Shown: positions 27,431 to 37,619, counted from the first letter of the stretch. The stretch is 64,000 nt of DNA from an uncultured Rickettsiales bacterium (GCA_964550685.1 CAZJZY010000001.1:2155-66154), one strand, 5' to 3'. Notes: generated from the letters alone by a model not told the origin. Numbers and translations: made by a program.

Positions 27431-28825
27431 ATGCTTGATCTTGATCCAGTTTTGTTAGCGCGCATTCAATTTGCTTTCACCATAAGCTTCCATATTATAT
27501 TTCCAGCTTTCACTATTGGTTTAGCAAGCTTTCTTGCTATGCTAGAATGGCGTTGGCTTAAGACGAAAGATGAAAAATTTCATGATCTTTATAAATTTTG
27601 GGTTAAGATCTTTGCTGTAGCCTTTGGAATGGGAGTGGTTTCAGGGGTGGTAATGTCTTATCAATTTGGTACTAATTGGTCTATGTTTTCAGATAAAACT
27701 TCCAATGTTTTAGGTCCATTACTTGGATTTGAGGTTTTAACGGCTTTTTTCCTTGAGGCATCTTTTCTTGGAATTATGTTATTCGGTTGGGGAAGGGTTA
27801 GCCCAAGAATGCATTTTTCTTCCACGCTAATTGTAGCAATAGGCACGCTTATTTCAGCTTTCTGGATTTTATCAGCAAATAGCTGGATGCAAACTCCGCA
27901 AGGCTTTCTTATTGGAGAAGATGGCAGGTTAATGCCAACAAATTGGCTGGAGATTATATTCAATCCTTCATTTCCCTATCGCTTTTTTCATATGGTAACG
28001 GCTGCATATTTAACTACGGCTTTTGTTGTTGGGGGAGTGGGAGCATTATATTTGCTAAATAAACGTCATATACCGCAAGCACGAATTATGTTAGGAATGG
28101 CTACTATTATGGCTGCTTTGGTGGCTCCAACACAATTAGTTATTGGTGATTTGCATGGTAAGAATACTATGGAATATCAGCCAGCAAAAGTTGCAGCTAT
28201 GGAAGGAAATTGGGAACATACTACTAATGCGCCTCTGTATCTTTTTGGGATGCCCAATCAGGAAGAAGAAGTAACAAAATATGGTATTACCATTCCTGAT
28301 GGCGCAAGTTGGGTTTTAACAGGAAATCCAGATGGAGAAATACCTAACCTTAAATCTTTTGCTAAGGAAGATATTCCTCCTGTGGCATGGGTATTCTGGT
28401 CTTTTAGAGTGATGGTTGGGCTTGGAATATTGATGATATTTACAGGTGCTGTTAGTTCTTATGCTTATCTTCGTAATAAATTATTTCAGCATTCATGGAT
28501 TCATAAATTATGGGTATTGATGATTCCTTCAGGTTTTATTGCTTTACTTGCCGGATGGTTTGTAACTGAGATAGGAAGGCAGCCATTTACAGTATATGGG
28601 GTGATAAGAACCATGCACTCAACATCTCCAGCAATTTTAGGCGGGCAAGTGGCATGGTCATTGCTATCTTTTGTGGTGATGTATAGTTTAGTTTTTGGAG
28701 CTGGTAGCTATTATATAATAAAATTGATTATTAAAGGAATTCCTAAGCCACAAGAAAAAGAACAGTTTTATGATCATGGAATAGCATCGTTTATTGAAAT
28801 AAAGAAATCTAAAGGAGATATATAA
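27431..28825 (+). CDS. cydA: cytochrome bd-type ubiquinol oxidase subunit I (short Q-loop/CIO-like length)
   Basis: LARIQFAFTISFHIIFPAFTIG and GWFVTEIGRQPF motifs. 464 aa. Confidence 0.95.
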   Translation: MLDLDPVLLARIQFAFTISFHIIFPAFTIGLASFLAMLEWRWLKTKDEKFHDLYKFWVKIFAVAFGMGVVSGVVMSYQFGTNWSMFSDKTSNVLGPLLGFEVLTAFFLEASFLGIMLFGWGRVSPRMHFSSTLIVAIGTLISAFWILSANSWMQTPQGFLIGEDGRLMPTNWLEIIFNPSFPYRFFHMVTAAYLTTAFVVGGVGALYLLNKRHIPQARIMLGMATIMAALVAPTQLVIGDLHGKNTMEYQPAKVAAMEGNWEHTTNAPLYLFGMPNQEEEVTKYGITIPDGASWVLTGNPDGEIPNLKSFAKEDIPPVAWVFWSFRVMVGLGILMIFTGAVSSYAYLRNKLFQHSWIHKLWVLMIPSGFIALLAGWFVTEIGRQPFTVYGVIRTMHSTSPAILGGQVAWSLLSFVVMYSLVFGAGSYYIIKLIIKGIPKPQEKEQFYDHGIASFIEIKKSKGDI

Positions 28826-29847
28826 TGTTTGATTTTTCTTCTTATATTGACTTAGCATTAGTTTGGGGCGTGCTGATTGCGACGGCTGTTTTTCTTTATG
28901 TATTATTAGATGGTTTTGATTTGGGCGTGGGTATTTTATTTCCATTCGCTCCATCAGATAAATGTAGAGATCGGATGATGAATTCTATAGCGCCTTTTTG
29001 GGATGGAAACGAAACATGGCTAGTATTAGGTGGGGGAGGATTATTCGCAGCTTTTCCTCTCGCTTATTCTGTGTTAATGCCAGCCTTCTATGTGCCGATT
29101 ACTATAATGCTACTTGGATTAATTATGCGTGGTGTGGCTTTTGAATTTCGTTTTAAAGCAGAAGGCAAGCAGCGCTATTTATGGGATTATGCTTTCCACT
29201 ATGGGTCTTTGGGGGCTGCTTTTTGTCAGGGAATGATTCTTGGTAGTTTTATTCAAGGAATAGAAGTTGATGGAAGAAATTTTTCTGGAGGTCCATTTGA
29301 TTGGGCAACTGGTTTTAGTGTGATGACAGGGATAGCGGTAGTATTTGGTTATGCGCTTTTAGGCTCCACATGGCTTGTTATGAAGGCTGAAGATGTAACT
29401 CAGCATTGGGCGCGTCAAGTTGCTTCATATGTGCTGGGATTTGTTGGTATTTTTATGGCAATAGTTAGCATTGCCATGCCATTCATTAATAATCAAATTA
29501 AAGATTTTTGGTTTAGTGTTCCTAATATTTATTATTTACTGCCTATTCCACTAATAACGGCTGCTTTATTTATTATAATTTGGCTAGATCTTCATGGTAA
29601 GAAACATGAATATCGCCCTTTCTTAGCTAGTATTGGAATTTTTTTGATGGGTTATTTGGGATTAGGTTTAAGTATTTTTCCTTGGATTATTCCGTTTAAA
29701 TATAATATCTGGGATGCAGCAGCATCAGGGCCTGGGCTATCATTAATGCTAGTTGGTGTGGTACCATTATTACCCTTAATTCTTGGATATACTGGTTATT
29801 GTTATTACATTTTTCGTGGAAAAACTAGCCATGAACATGTTTATTAA
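28825..29847 (+). CDS. cydB: cytochrome bd-type ubiquinol oxidase subunit II
   Basis: LDGFDLGVGILFPF and FWDGNETWLVLGG motifs. The start overlaps the cydA stop. Confidence 0.95.
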   Translation: MFDFSSYIDLALVWGVLIATAVFLYVLLDGFDLGVGILFPFAPSDKCRDRMMNSIAPFWDGNETWLVLGGGGLFAAFPLAYSVLMPAFYVPITIMLLGLIMRGVAFEFRFKAEGKQRYLWDYAFHYGSLGAAFCQGMILGSFIQGIEVDGRNFSGGPFDWATGFSVMTGIAVVFGYALLGSTWLVMKAEDVTQHWARQVASYVLGFVGIFMAIVSIAMPFINNQIKDFWFSVPNIYYLLPIPLITAALFIIIWLDLHGKKHEYRPFLASIGIFLMGYLGLGLSIFPWIIPFKYNIWDAAASGPGLSLMLVGVVPLLPLILGYTGYCYYIFRGKTSHEHVY

Positions 29848-29974
29848 CCAAGCAATAAATTGGTTTGATGCCCATCCTAAAATAAAACAATGGCTTTGGT
29901 TTATAGGATTGTGGTGTGGTGGATTATCTACTGTGCTTGCCTTCTCTTATTTAATAAAATGGATGATGCATTAG
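29831..29974 (+). CDS. small DUF2474-like membrane protein of the cyd/cio operon
   Basis: 47 aa from ATG at 29831, overlapping the cydB stop. A single TM segment, WLWFIGLWCGGLSTVLAFSYLI, follows a short polar head, as in DUF2474 ORFs found after cioB. Confidence 0.5.
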   Translation: MNMFINQAINWFDAHPKIKQWLWFIGLWCGGLSTVLAFSYLIKWMMH

Positions 29975-29978
29975 ACTT

Positions 29979-31514
29979 CTATAATGAATTTTGTTTATAA
30001 TGCTGCCTTCTATAATTAAGTGCTTCAGCGACATGAGATTTATTGATTTTCACCTCTCCTGATAAGTCAGCGATTGAACGAGATAGTTTTAATATTCGAT
30101 TGTATCCACGCATAGATAACTTCAATTTATCAGCTGCATTATTGAGTAATAATTTTGCTTCGCTAGTTGGTTCTGCAAATTCTTTAATCAAATTGCCATG
30201 AAGCTCAGAGTTATTTTTAATCCCGTAATTTGCATATCTTGCAGCTTGTAAATCACGTGCCATTTGCACTCTTTTGGCTATGGTTTGCGAGTCTTCTGCT
30301 TCTTTGCTATTTATAATTTCATTGATGGAGCTGGTGTTTACTTCCAAGTAAATATCGATTCTATCAAAGAATGGTCCAGATACTTTGCTTTGATAATCAC
30401 TTCCACAGCGTGGAGCTTTATTACATTCTCTCTCAGTATCTCCTAAAAATCCACAGCGGCATGGATTCATAGCGGCAATTAATTGAAATTTTGCTGGGTA
30501 AGTTACATGATAATTAGAACGTGAGATATTTACTTTTCCTTCCTCTAAAGGCTGTCTTAAAGAATCTATCACCACTCTTGGGAATTCTGGTAATTCATCT
30601 AGAAATAAGACGCCGTTATGAGCTAAAGATATTTCTCCAGGCATTACTCTCTTATTAGCGCCTCCTCCAACCATTGCTGGCATTGAGCAAGAATGATGCG
30701 GAGCTCTAAAAGGGCGAATAGTTTTTAAATTACCATCGCTAATTTCTCCGGCAATGCTCGCCACCATACTACATTCTAAAATCTCGCTAGGAGTCATTGC
30801 AGGTAAAATGCTAGACATCCTTGCAGCAAGCATTGATTTACCAGCTCCAGGAGGGCCAGCCATTAACATATTATGTCCACCGCAAGCGGCAATTTCTAAA
30901 GCTCTTTTTGCGGTTTCTTGACCCTTAACGTCTTTTAAATCTAGCATATGAATAAATGGAGTTTTATTTTCTATAATTTTAGGCTGAGCAATGCATTGTC
31001 TTTCCTTTAAGTGATTGATCAGTTGAATAATATTGCTGGCTGCTACTATATTGTTATTACCCGACCATGCGGCCTCTTGACCATTAGCCTCTGGGCAAAT
31101 GATTCCGCAGTTGCGCTGATTGGCTCCAATGGCTGCTGGCAAAATTCCATTAACTGGGATTATCCCTCCATCTAAAGCTAATTCTCCAAGAATTAGATAT
31201 TCTTTCACTTCTTCAGGTTTTAATACTCCCATATTAATCAGCAGACCAATTGTAATGGGTAAATCAAAATGACTTCCTTCTTTCACTAAATCTGCAGGAG
31301 AGAGATTTACAATTATTCTTTGAGCGGGCAGCATTAAGCCAATAGAGTGAAGTGCAGCGCGAATGCGTTCTCTTGATTCGGCAATAGTTTTATCTGGTAA
31401 CCCCACTAAAGAAAAAGCAGGCATTCCCGGCGAAAAATGGACTTGAACATTAACATCTACAACTTCAATTCCATGAAAAGTAACGGTATTAATATGTGCT
31501 ACCATTTGTGCCAA
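29979..31514 (-). CDS. comM: YifB/ComM family Mg-chelatase-like ATPase
   Basis: N-terminal Lon-protease-like domain (GLPDKTIAESRERI), Walker A GPPGAGKSMLA and VLFLDELPEF. Confidence 0.9.
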   Translation of the reverse strand: MAQMVAHINTVTFHGIEVVDVNVQVHFSPGMPAFSLVGLPDKTIAESRERIRAALHSIGLMLPAQRIIVNLSPADLVKEGSHFDLPITIGLLINMGVLKPEEVKEYLILGELALDGGIIPVNGILPAAIGANQRNCGIICPEANGQEAAWSGNNNIVAASNIIQLINHLKERQCIAQPKIIENKTPFIHMLDLKDVKGQETAKRALEIAACGGHNMLMAGPPGAGKSMLAARMSSILPAMTPSEILECSMVASIAGEISDGNLKTIRPFRAPHHSCSMPAMVGGGANKRVMPGEISLAHNGVLFLDELPEFPRVVIDSLRQPLEEGKVNISRSNYHVTYPAKFQLIAAMNPCRCGFLGDTERECNKAPRCGSDYQSKVSGPFFDRIDIYLEVNTSSINEIINSKEAEDSQTIAKRVQMARDLQAARYANYGIKNNSELHGNLIKEFAEPTSEAKLLLNNAADKLKLSMRGYNRILKLSRSIADLSGEVKINKSHVAEALNYRRQHYKQNSL

Positions 31515-31578
31515 TCCTATGTTAGTCTTTTAAGTACACTCAAAATAGACAGGCAATTTCAATTTGTAAATTATTATT

Positions 31579-32022
31579 ATGACCTCAGCGCCCATTATTA
31601 TTAAAAAATAACCTAATAGAAGATTATATAATACTCAAATTAGCTCTTATATTACCTTAAGCGATCTATTCGTAAAGGTTAAGAAGGGAGTAGATTTTAT
31701 AGTTATTGATTCTAAAACTGAAGAAGATTTAACCAGGGCCACCTTAACTCAAATAATTTTTGAACAAGAAGCTAAGGGTTATAATTTATTGCCTCTCAAC
31801 TTCTTGAGGCAGATAATCTGTTGTTATAATGATCAGCCTCATAATATGTTACCTCATTATTTAGAAACTATGATGCATAATTTTTCCGATAACCAAGATA
31901 AGATGAACAAATTGACATTAGACAATCCAATCAAAATGTTAGAAGAATTTAGTCGCAATAATATCGAAATGATTGAAAATAGCTTCAATATGTTTTATAA
32001 AAATTTTGGAACTAGGGAGTAA
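31579..32022 (+). pseudogene. phaR: PhaR-type polyhydroxyalkanoate synthesis repressor interrupted by one in-frame TAA
   Basis: From ATG 31579 the frame reads MTSAPIIIKK*PNRRLYNTQISSYITLSDL...DFIVIDSKTEEDLTRATLTQIIFEQEAKGYNLLPLNFLRQII. The TAA at 31609-31611 occupies the Tyr position of the conserved IKKYxNRRLYDT box. Confidence 0.7.
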
Positions 32023-32040
32023 GTAGGAAATCCACTAGTT

Positions 32041-33792
32041 TTAAATAGATGCATCGTGATGGGGCATAATGTCTCCAATATAACCTGTGCTATGGATGCT
32101 CATTTCATACGTATCGCATTCATCAATTCTTACTAATACATAATTAGGAGCAGGTTGATAAGAATGCACTTTGTTTCCATCAATGTTGCCTATCTTTTCA
32201 TGATCTTCTTTCAAAGATCTAAGCATTCCTCCTGCGTGGTGAGCAGATGCAACTCGTTTACATTCGTAACATTGACCATTTGGAAGTCTAATGATAACAC
32301 GAGAATTAGTTGATAAACCATCAAGGCAAATGGTTGAAGCGTCTGGTAAGTTATTTATATGAATATTACCACTTGGTAAAGAAGCAAAATCTAAGCTATG
32401 AGATCCATTAGCTCGTTGATCTACAGTTACAGAAGGACTAAGATGAAGAGCGTGTCTCAATCCATCCAGGACGCCACTATGATTCACTTCATTATTCCTT
32501 GCCGCAATGGCTTCCTGTTCTGCATTATAAGCATCTAACTCTTCAGGGCTCATCTTTCCACCTCCATTATCTTTGTCCTCTTCAGTGCTTGTACGGTGTT
32601 GATCGCTAGAATGACTAGTATGTCCACCTTTGAAGATGCTAGTAAATGAATTCCATCCGCGACTAAAGAAAGTTCCCACTTCCTCGGCAGCATGCTCCAC
32701 GGCATGAGCAGCTTTTGCTATTTCGGCCTGCAGGTGCTTGTCAACTTTATCTATTGTTCTAGGAGTTACTGCATGAACCGGGCGTTCTGGATTGGCCAGT
32801 CCTACGGCACGCAAAGCAGGTGAAGTTCTATCCGCCATTGTTTCTAGGTAATAAATATATTCATTTAGCAAAAGAACTAAAGCGTCTTCAGCAATATCTG
32901 TAGCTTTATAAATTGAAGCAACTAAATATAACCTGTTCTCATCCGTAATCTGAATTCTAGTTAATCCTACGGTCACAGCAAAAAGTCCTACATGAGCTAT
33001 CGATTCTAGCACATATATAATAGCATTTTCTCCTCGCATTGCCACATACTCAAGCCATCTCATATCTCCATTCAATAGAAGAGATCTATCCATCGCATGG
33101 TCATATAATCTATAATCAATAGCTGTGACCCTTTGGCTCACAACAGCTGCTGTTAAAATTCCAGAAACAGCATGTTCTGACTGTTTTGCATGAGAGCCAA
33201 AAACAGTTCCGCCAGCAAAAGTAAGTATAGAATTTCCTATTGCTAGGCTTAACGGTAAATTATCTTGTGCGCCCTCAATTAGCCTTCCGTAGAGAGGACT
33301 ATGATGATCGTAATTACTAGGCATTTTTCCAAAAAAAAAATTCAAAAATAAATTTGTAAAAAAAAAAACGCCGGTAGTAATTTCTAGTGCCAGATATAAA
33401 TAATGCTGATAATCAATATCATCTTCTGTTTCTTCTAGGGATTGTCTATGATGTCTACCGTGCCTTAAGGCTATACTCAATGTAATTGCAAAAGGTATTA
33501 GAGCTACAATACTTGGAGCATAATGGACGATGGTGTCTTTAAGTGAAGGATCAGCTTTTTTACTACCAGATGGCCCTTCAGTTGGAGCTGATGATGGATG
33601 ATGAGGATTTTTGTTCATAGACTGCCTATATGAGGTGATATCAAATTTATTAGACAATTGAGCAATTGATAAAACTGATTCGCTGCTACTAGAAAATTGG
33701 TTTAGCTTACAAGGAAAATTTTTTAATATATGTAGATATTCTTGAAAATTAATGGCATTTATATAATCACCAAAATAACTATAGAAAGACAT
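32041..33792 (-). CDS. hypothetical His-rich membrane protein (583 aa), no recognised domain
   Basis: Clean ORF with several central hydrophobic segments and polar, His-rich N- and C-terminal regions. It looks more GC-rich than neighbouring genes. Confidence 0.6.
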   Translation of the reverse strand: MSFYSYFGDYINAINFQEYLHILKNFPCKLNQFSSSSESVLSIAQLSNKFDITSYRQSMNKNPHHPSSAPTEGPSGSKKADPSLKDTIVHYAPSIVALIPFAITLSIALRHGRHHRQSLEETEDDIDYQHYLYLALEITTGVFFFTNLFLNFFFGKMPSNYDHHSPLYGRLIEGAQDNLPLSLAIGNSILTFAGGTVFGSHAKQSEHAVSGILTAAVVSQRVTAIDYRLYDHAMDRSLLLNGDMRWLEYVAMRGENAIIYVLESIAHVGLFAVTVGLTRIQITDENRLYLVASIYKATDIAEDALVLLLNEYIYYLETMADRTSPALRAVGLANPERPVHAVTPRTIDKVDKHLQAEIAKAAHAVEHAAEEVGTFFSRGWNSFTSIFKGGHTSHSSDQHRTSTEEDKDNGGGKMSPEELDAYNAEQEAIAARNNEVNHSGVLDGLRHALHLSPSVTVDQRANGSHSLDFASLPSGNIHINNLPDASTICLDGLSTNSRVIIRLPNGQCYECKRVASAHHAGGMLRSLKEDHEKIGNIDGNKVHSYQPAPNYVLVRIDECDTYEMSIHSTGYIGDIMPHHDASI

Positions 33793-33867
33793 TATAACTA
33801 AAAGAGAGCAAGCAGCCTAGTGGTTTACTTTTTTTAAAAATCATATCTGTGCTAAATTTAAGAAAAA

Positions 33868-33944
<77 letters not shown>

Positions 33945-34080
33945 ATAATTCAGGAAATTGAAATTTATTCGATTGGACCATTTTTGTCAAGCTTTATTCA
34001 TCTATTTAAATAAACTTTGCCAAACAAGCTAATAAAATACCACACAACCAGGATTTTCTAGGTTATTAAACCATTTTGCT

Positions 34081-34323
34081 ATTATTAACTGAAGGAAGCC
34101 TGACATCTAATTTTTGGAGCGTTCTAATATTTAATATTCTAGATGGCAACTAATGAAACTTGTTCTCTCTTAAGTCCAATGATTGTAGGCTTTATAGATC
34201 TACAATAAAATTTGGTAAGAAGGTAATTTTATTATTATAGATTCTCAATTCTATCAGATTATCATCAAGATATATTTCCTCTAACTCTGTTAACTTGGAA
34301 ATTTCTTTTGGAATAGTAGGTAA
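34081..34323 (-). pseudogene. decayed leucine-rich-repeat (LRR) protein gene remnant
   Basis: The minus-strand frame reads LPTIPKEISKLTELEEIYLDDNLIELRIYNNKITFLPNFIVDL*SLQSLDLRENKFH*LPSRILNIRTLQKLDV. This shows LxxLxLxxNxLxxLP periodicity with in-frame stops at 34192-34194 and 34150-34152 and no start codon. Confidence 0.5.
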
Positions 34324-34359
34324 TTATTTGCCAATAAAATTTAACACAAAAATTATTTC

Positions 34360-35670
34360 TTATATTGAAGCGATTATTTCTAAAATTTCATTTGTAAGTT
34401 GATCGCATCTCTTTTTATCTGTGCAGCTATTGATCATTATTGCAAATACTAAAATTTTTCCAGTATCTGTTTCTAGATATCCAACTAAATTTGTAACTCC
34501 TTTCATACTCCCTGTCTTAGCGTGAATTCTGCCATTCAGTTTTTCTATGAATCTTTTCTCCAAAACTCCATCAATGCCAGAAGTCATTAAAGAATCATAA
34601 AAATATTGATTATTATGGGCCTTAATGAATAGATCTACTAAATGATTAGGGGAAATCAAATTATATCTAGATCCTCCAGAGCCATCAAATATAAAAATTT
34701 CTTTATTAGCAGTAATTTCGCTTATTGCTTTTGTTCCATTAGCAAAGCTACCTTGAGTTTTATAATATTTTGCTCCTATAGTTTTAATAAAATTATCGGC
34801 GGCAATATTGTCAGAAGTTTTATGCATCTGTTTAAGCAATTTTGCTAAAGGTAATGATTCATGTTCTAGCATAACTTTATATTCGGGAGGTGTAGTATTA
34901 TATACAACTTGTTTATAATTTTTTAGTAGAGCTCTTAGCATTAAACGAGGATCTTGGTAAGCTATACTCAAAGGAATTTCTTGTGACTCTTCATCTAAAC
35001 AGCCAGTTAGATTATAACTATTATCTGGATGGGCGCTTAATTCTGGGCTGCAATTTGGATCATTCTTAGTAATTATATCATTATGTATTTTAGCTACTGA
35101 AAAACCTGAAAGCTTTTTAGGAGATAGCTTAAGGTAGAAGCAGTTCTTATCTATTACTATAGCACTTGTTGGAGCAGCAAAGCAAAATTTACTATCATCC
35201 CAAGACCAGCCATTTGCCTGATAATGTTGATCAAAGATAAAATCATCAATCACAATATCACCAGTAATGCTATTGATATTATATTTCTTTAGGTCTGATA
35301 TCAGTTTGAAGAAATTATCTTTTGTAAAGCTAGGGTCACCTGAGAATTTGATATATAAATTGTCTGACAACACTCCGTTATTATCAATTTTAGTTTCATC
35401 AAATAAAATTTGTGTATTATAAGTGAATTCAGGTCCTAAATATTCTAGAGCTGAATAAGCTGTGAAAGATTTTGTAGTGCTGGCGGGAATCATCAAACGA
35501 TCAGGATTTAAAGAATAAATTTCTTTCCCTGTATTAAGTTCTTTTACTTGTATTGCAATATTTATTTGCCTTGTAAGACCATTATTTTTTTCTAAGATAC
35601 TGTTAATTTTATCATCGGCTTGAGATAAAAAAGGAAGCATCACCATGAAGTATTGTAATAATTTATTCAT
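34360..35670 (-). CDS. dacB: D-alanyl-D-alanine carboxypeptidase/endopeptidase (PBP4, peptidase S13)
   Basis: SxxK motif PASTTKSF, SxN motif KTSDN and KTG motif AKTGSM. N-terminal signal peptide. Confidence 0.85.
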   Translation of the reverse strand: MNKLLQYFMVMLPFLSQADDKINSILEKNNGLTRQINIAIQVKELNTGKEIYSLNPDRLMIPASTTKSFTAYSALEYLGPEFTYNTQILFDETKIDNNGVLSDNLYIKFSGDPSFTKDNFFKLISDLKKYNINSITGDIVIDDFIFDQHYQANGWSWDDSKFCFAAPTSAIVIDKNCFYLKLSPKKLSGFSVAKIHNDIITKNDPNCSPELSAHPDNSYNLTGCLDEESQEIPLSIAYQDPRLMLRALLKNYKQVVYNTTPPEYKVMLEHESLPLAKLLKQMHKTSDNIAADNFIKTIGAKYYKTQGSFANGTKAISEITANKEIFIFDGSGGSRYNLISPNHLVDLFIKAHNNQYFYDSLMTSGIDGVLEKRFIEKLNGRIHAKTGSMKGVTNLVGYLETDTGKILVFAIMINSCTDKKRCDQLTNEILEIIASI

Positions 35671-36281
35671 GCATTTCCAGTTATATTATTATAATTACTT
35701 AAAGTAACTCCAGTAAACTCTAAGGCTTTGCTCCATCTAGAATGATGTTCTTCTAAAAAAATTAGGTCATAGATTATTTTTTTATTCAGTGCGTTTAAGG
35801 GAAGTAGCCAGTCATTACGTTTTATTTCATCAAGTAGCTGATTAGGAGACCATGCTGTATATCCTAAAATTAACATCTTATACAGAGGTCCATTTCCTAT
35901 TATAATGTCTTGAATTATGTTAGCATCAATACTTACTGAAATTTCTTTATTTCCACAGTTTAAAGAATTTTTCTCATAATCAGAACTATGTAAAATAATG
36001 CCTTTTTCTTGTTCTATTGGTCCGCCAAAATATACTGGGAGCTCGTTCTCAATATTATAATTTTTCTGTTCTAAATTAAGTACTTTTAATATTGCTCGTC
36101 CATCAATATTTTGTAGAAGTTTATTAATAATTACTCCGGATGTTCCTGTATGATCATGAGAAATAATATAGATAACAGATTTACTGAACACCATTCCTGT
36201 GTCTGCATAGGGGCTGCTAATTATAATATCACCTGGTTCAATCATTTTATATTCTGCCAATTTCTTAGTCCATTTATCCAC
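35667..36281 (-). CDS. yqgE: YqgE/AlgH family protein (UPF0301)
   Basis: FGGPIEQEKGIILHS and LGYTAWSPNQLLDEIKRNDWL are typical of the family. GTG start. Confidence 0.85.
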   Translation of the reverse strand: MDKWTKKLAEYKMIEPGDIIISSPYADTGMVFSKSVIYIISHDHTGTSGVIINKLLQNIDGRAILKVLNLEQKNYNIENELPVYFGGPIEQEKGIILHSSDYEKNSLNCGNKEISVSIDANIIQDIIIGNGPLYKMLILGYTAWSPNQLLDEIKRNDWLLPLNALNKKIIYDLIFLEEHHSRWSKALEFTGVTLSNYNNITGNA

Positions 36282-37619
36282 TTAATCATTATTTTCTGAC
36301 ATATCTTTTGTATATTCGATAATGTCATTAGCGCGTATATATTCTTTGCTATTAGGAGAAGTCATTTTGATAACTTTATTAGCTAGAATTTGACTTTTTT
36401 TATAGGCGCCCAGATAGAAATAATAATCTGCTAAAGCAGATATTGCTTTAGCTTGGTTGTTCAGAGCTCCATGAGCCCTAGATAACATAAAATAAGCCAT
36501 TATATTATCTGGTTGATCAATTGTTACTTGTGTTAATAGTTTTACTGCAGATTTTAGAAGTTCTGTATTTTTACTTCCCTGGGCTAAATTTATTTTAGCT
36601 GACGCCGTTTCTATTTTAATTAAATTATCTTGTGGAAGCGCATTTAATGCTTTCTGATAATATTGATTAGCTTGGTCAAATTTTCCATTTTCAAAATAAA
36701 ATTGCCCTTTTAATTCCCAGAGATATGGATTATTCGGTTCTGAAGATATAACTTGATCTAACAAGCTGGTAGCTTTTGCAAGCTGGCCTGAACGAAAATA
36801 TCCAATAGATAAACCATATTTATCGTTTTTATATTTAGCTATAGTTTCACTAGGGCTGGATAAGAAGGAATCTAGCTTGACGGCCATACGTTTAAAATTA
36901 AATCTGATAATTGGAGTAATGTTGTCACCAAATTTACCAAGCTTATCTTTTATTGCGTTCTTAATGCTTGCTATTCTTTCATTGCTTAATGGGTGGGTTA
37001 TCGCATATGGATCTGGCTCAATAGATCTATCCCTTTGACTCATATATTGAAAAAATTTGATCAATCCACTGCCATTATTATGTGTTTTATACAAGAGATC
37101 TACAGCAATTTTATCAGCTTCTGTTTCATGAGCTCTAGAATAACTTAACATACCTCGTTCGGCTGCTTGCATAGATCCTAAACTAGTAAAAGAGCTCAAT
37201 TCTACTGGAGCTCCAGCAAAAACTGAAGCTAATCCTAACACAGCTCCACCAAGAGCTACTTTAGACATATTTTCATAATCGCCACGCATTCTGGTTAAAT
37301 GCCCAGCATAAATATGAGCTATTTCATGAGCCATTACTCCATAAAGCACATTAGGATCATCAGCAAATTTAATGATTAAACCAGAATTTATGAACATATC
37401 TGTACCATTAGTTACAAAGGCATTGAGTGATGGATCAGAAACAATATGAATTTTAATATTATTAGGATTCAGATTTGCAGCTCTAACTAAAGGTGCCATA
37501 AAAGTTTTAAGATAATTTTCTATTTCTGCGTCGCTTAATATTTGGATTCTGCCATTATCTGCAAATGCAAAATTAGAAAATAATAAGCTTAAAATTATTA
37601 CAATTATTTTAAACATCAA
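36282..37619 (-). CDS. M48 family metalloprotease with C-terminal TPR repeats (BepA/YfgC-like)
   Basis: HEIAHIYAGH zinc motif, signal peptide, and a TPR-like C-terminal half. Confidence 0.8.
   Translation of the reverse strand: MMFKIIVIILSLLFSNFAFADNGRIQILSDAEIENYLKTFMAPLVRAANLNPNNIKIHIVSDPSLNAFVTNGTDMFINSGLIIKFADDPNVLYGVMAHEIAHIYAGHLTRMRGDYENMSKVALGGAVLGLASVFAGAPVELSSFTSLGSMQAAERGMLSYSRAHETEADKIAVDLLYKTHNNGSGLIKFFQYMSQRDRSIEPDPYAITHPLSNERIASIKNAIKDKLGKFGDNITPIIRFNFKRMAVKLDSFLSSPSETIAKYKNDKYGLSIGYFRSGQLAKATSLLDQVISSEPNNPYLWELKGQFYFENGKFDQANQYYQKALNALPQDNLIKIETASAKINLAQGSKNTELLKSAVKLLTQVTIDQPDNIMAYFMLSRAHGALNNQAKAISALADYYFYLGAYKKSQILANKVIKMTSPNSKEYIRANDIIEYTKDMSENND

Noticed and set aside
29783-29830. 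The longer 63-aa version of the small ORF after cydB, starting at 29783.
   Set aside because: The upstream 16 codons lie wholly inside cydB. The internal ATG at 29831 gives the typical short DUF2474-like product with start/stop overlap.
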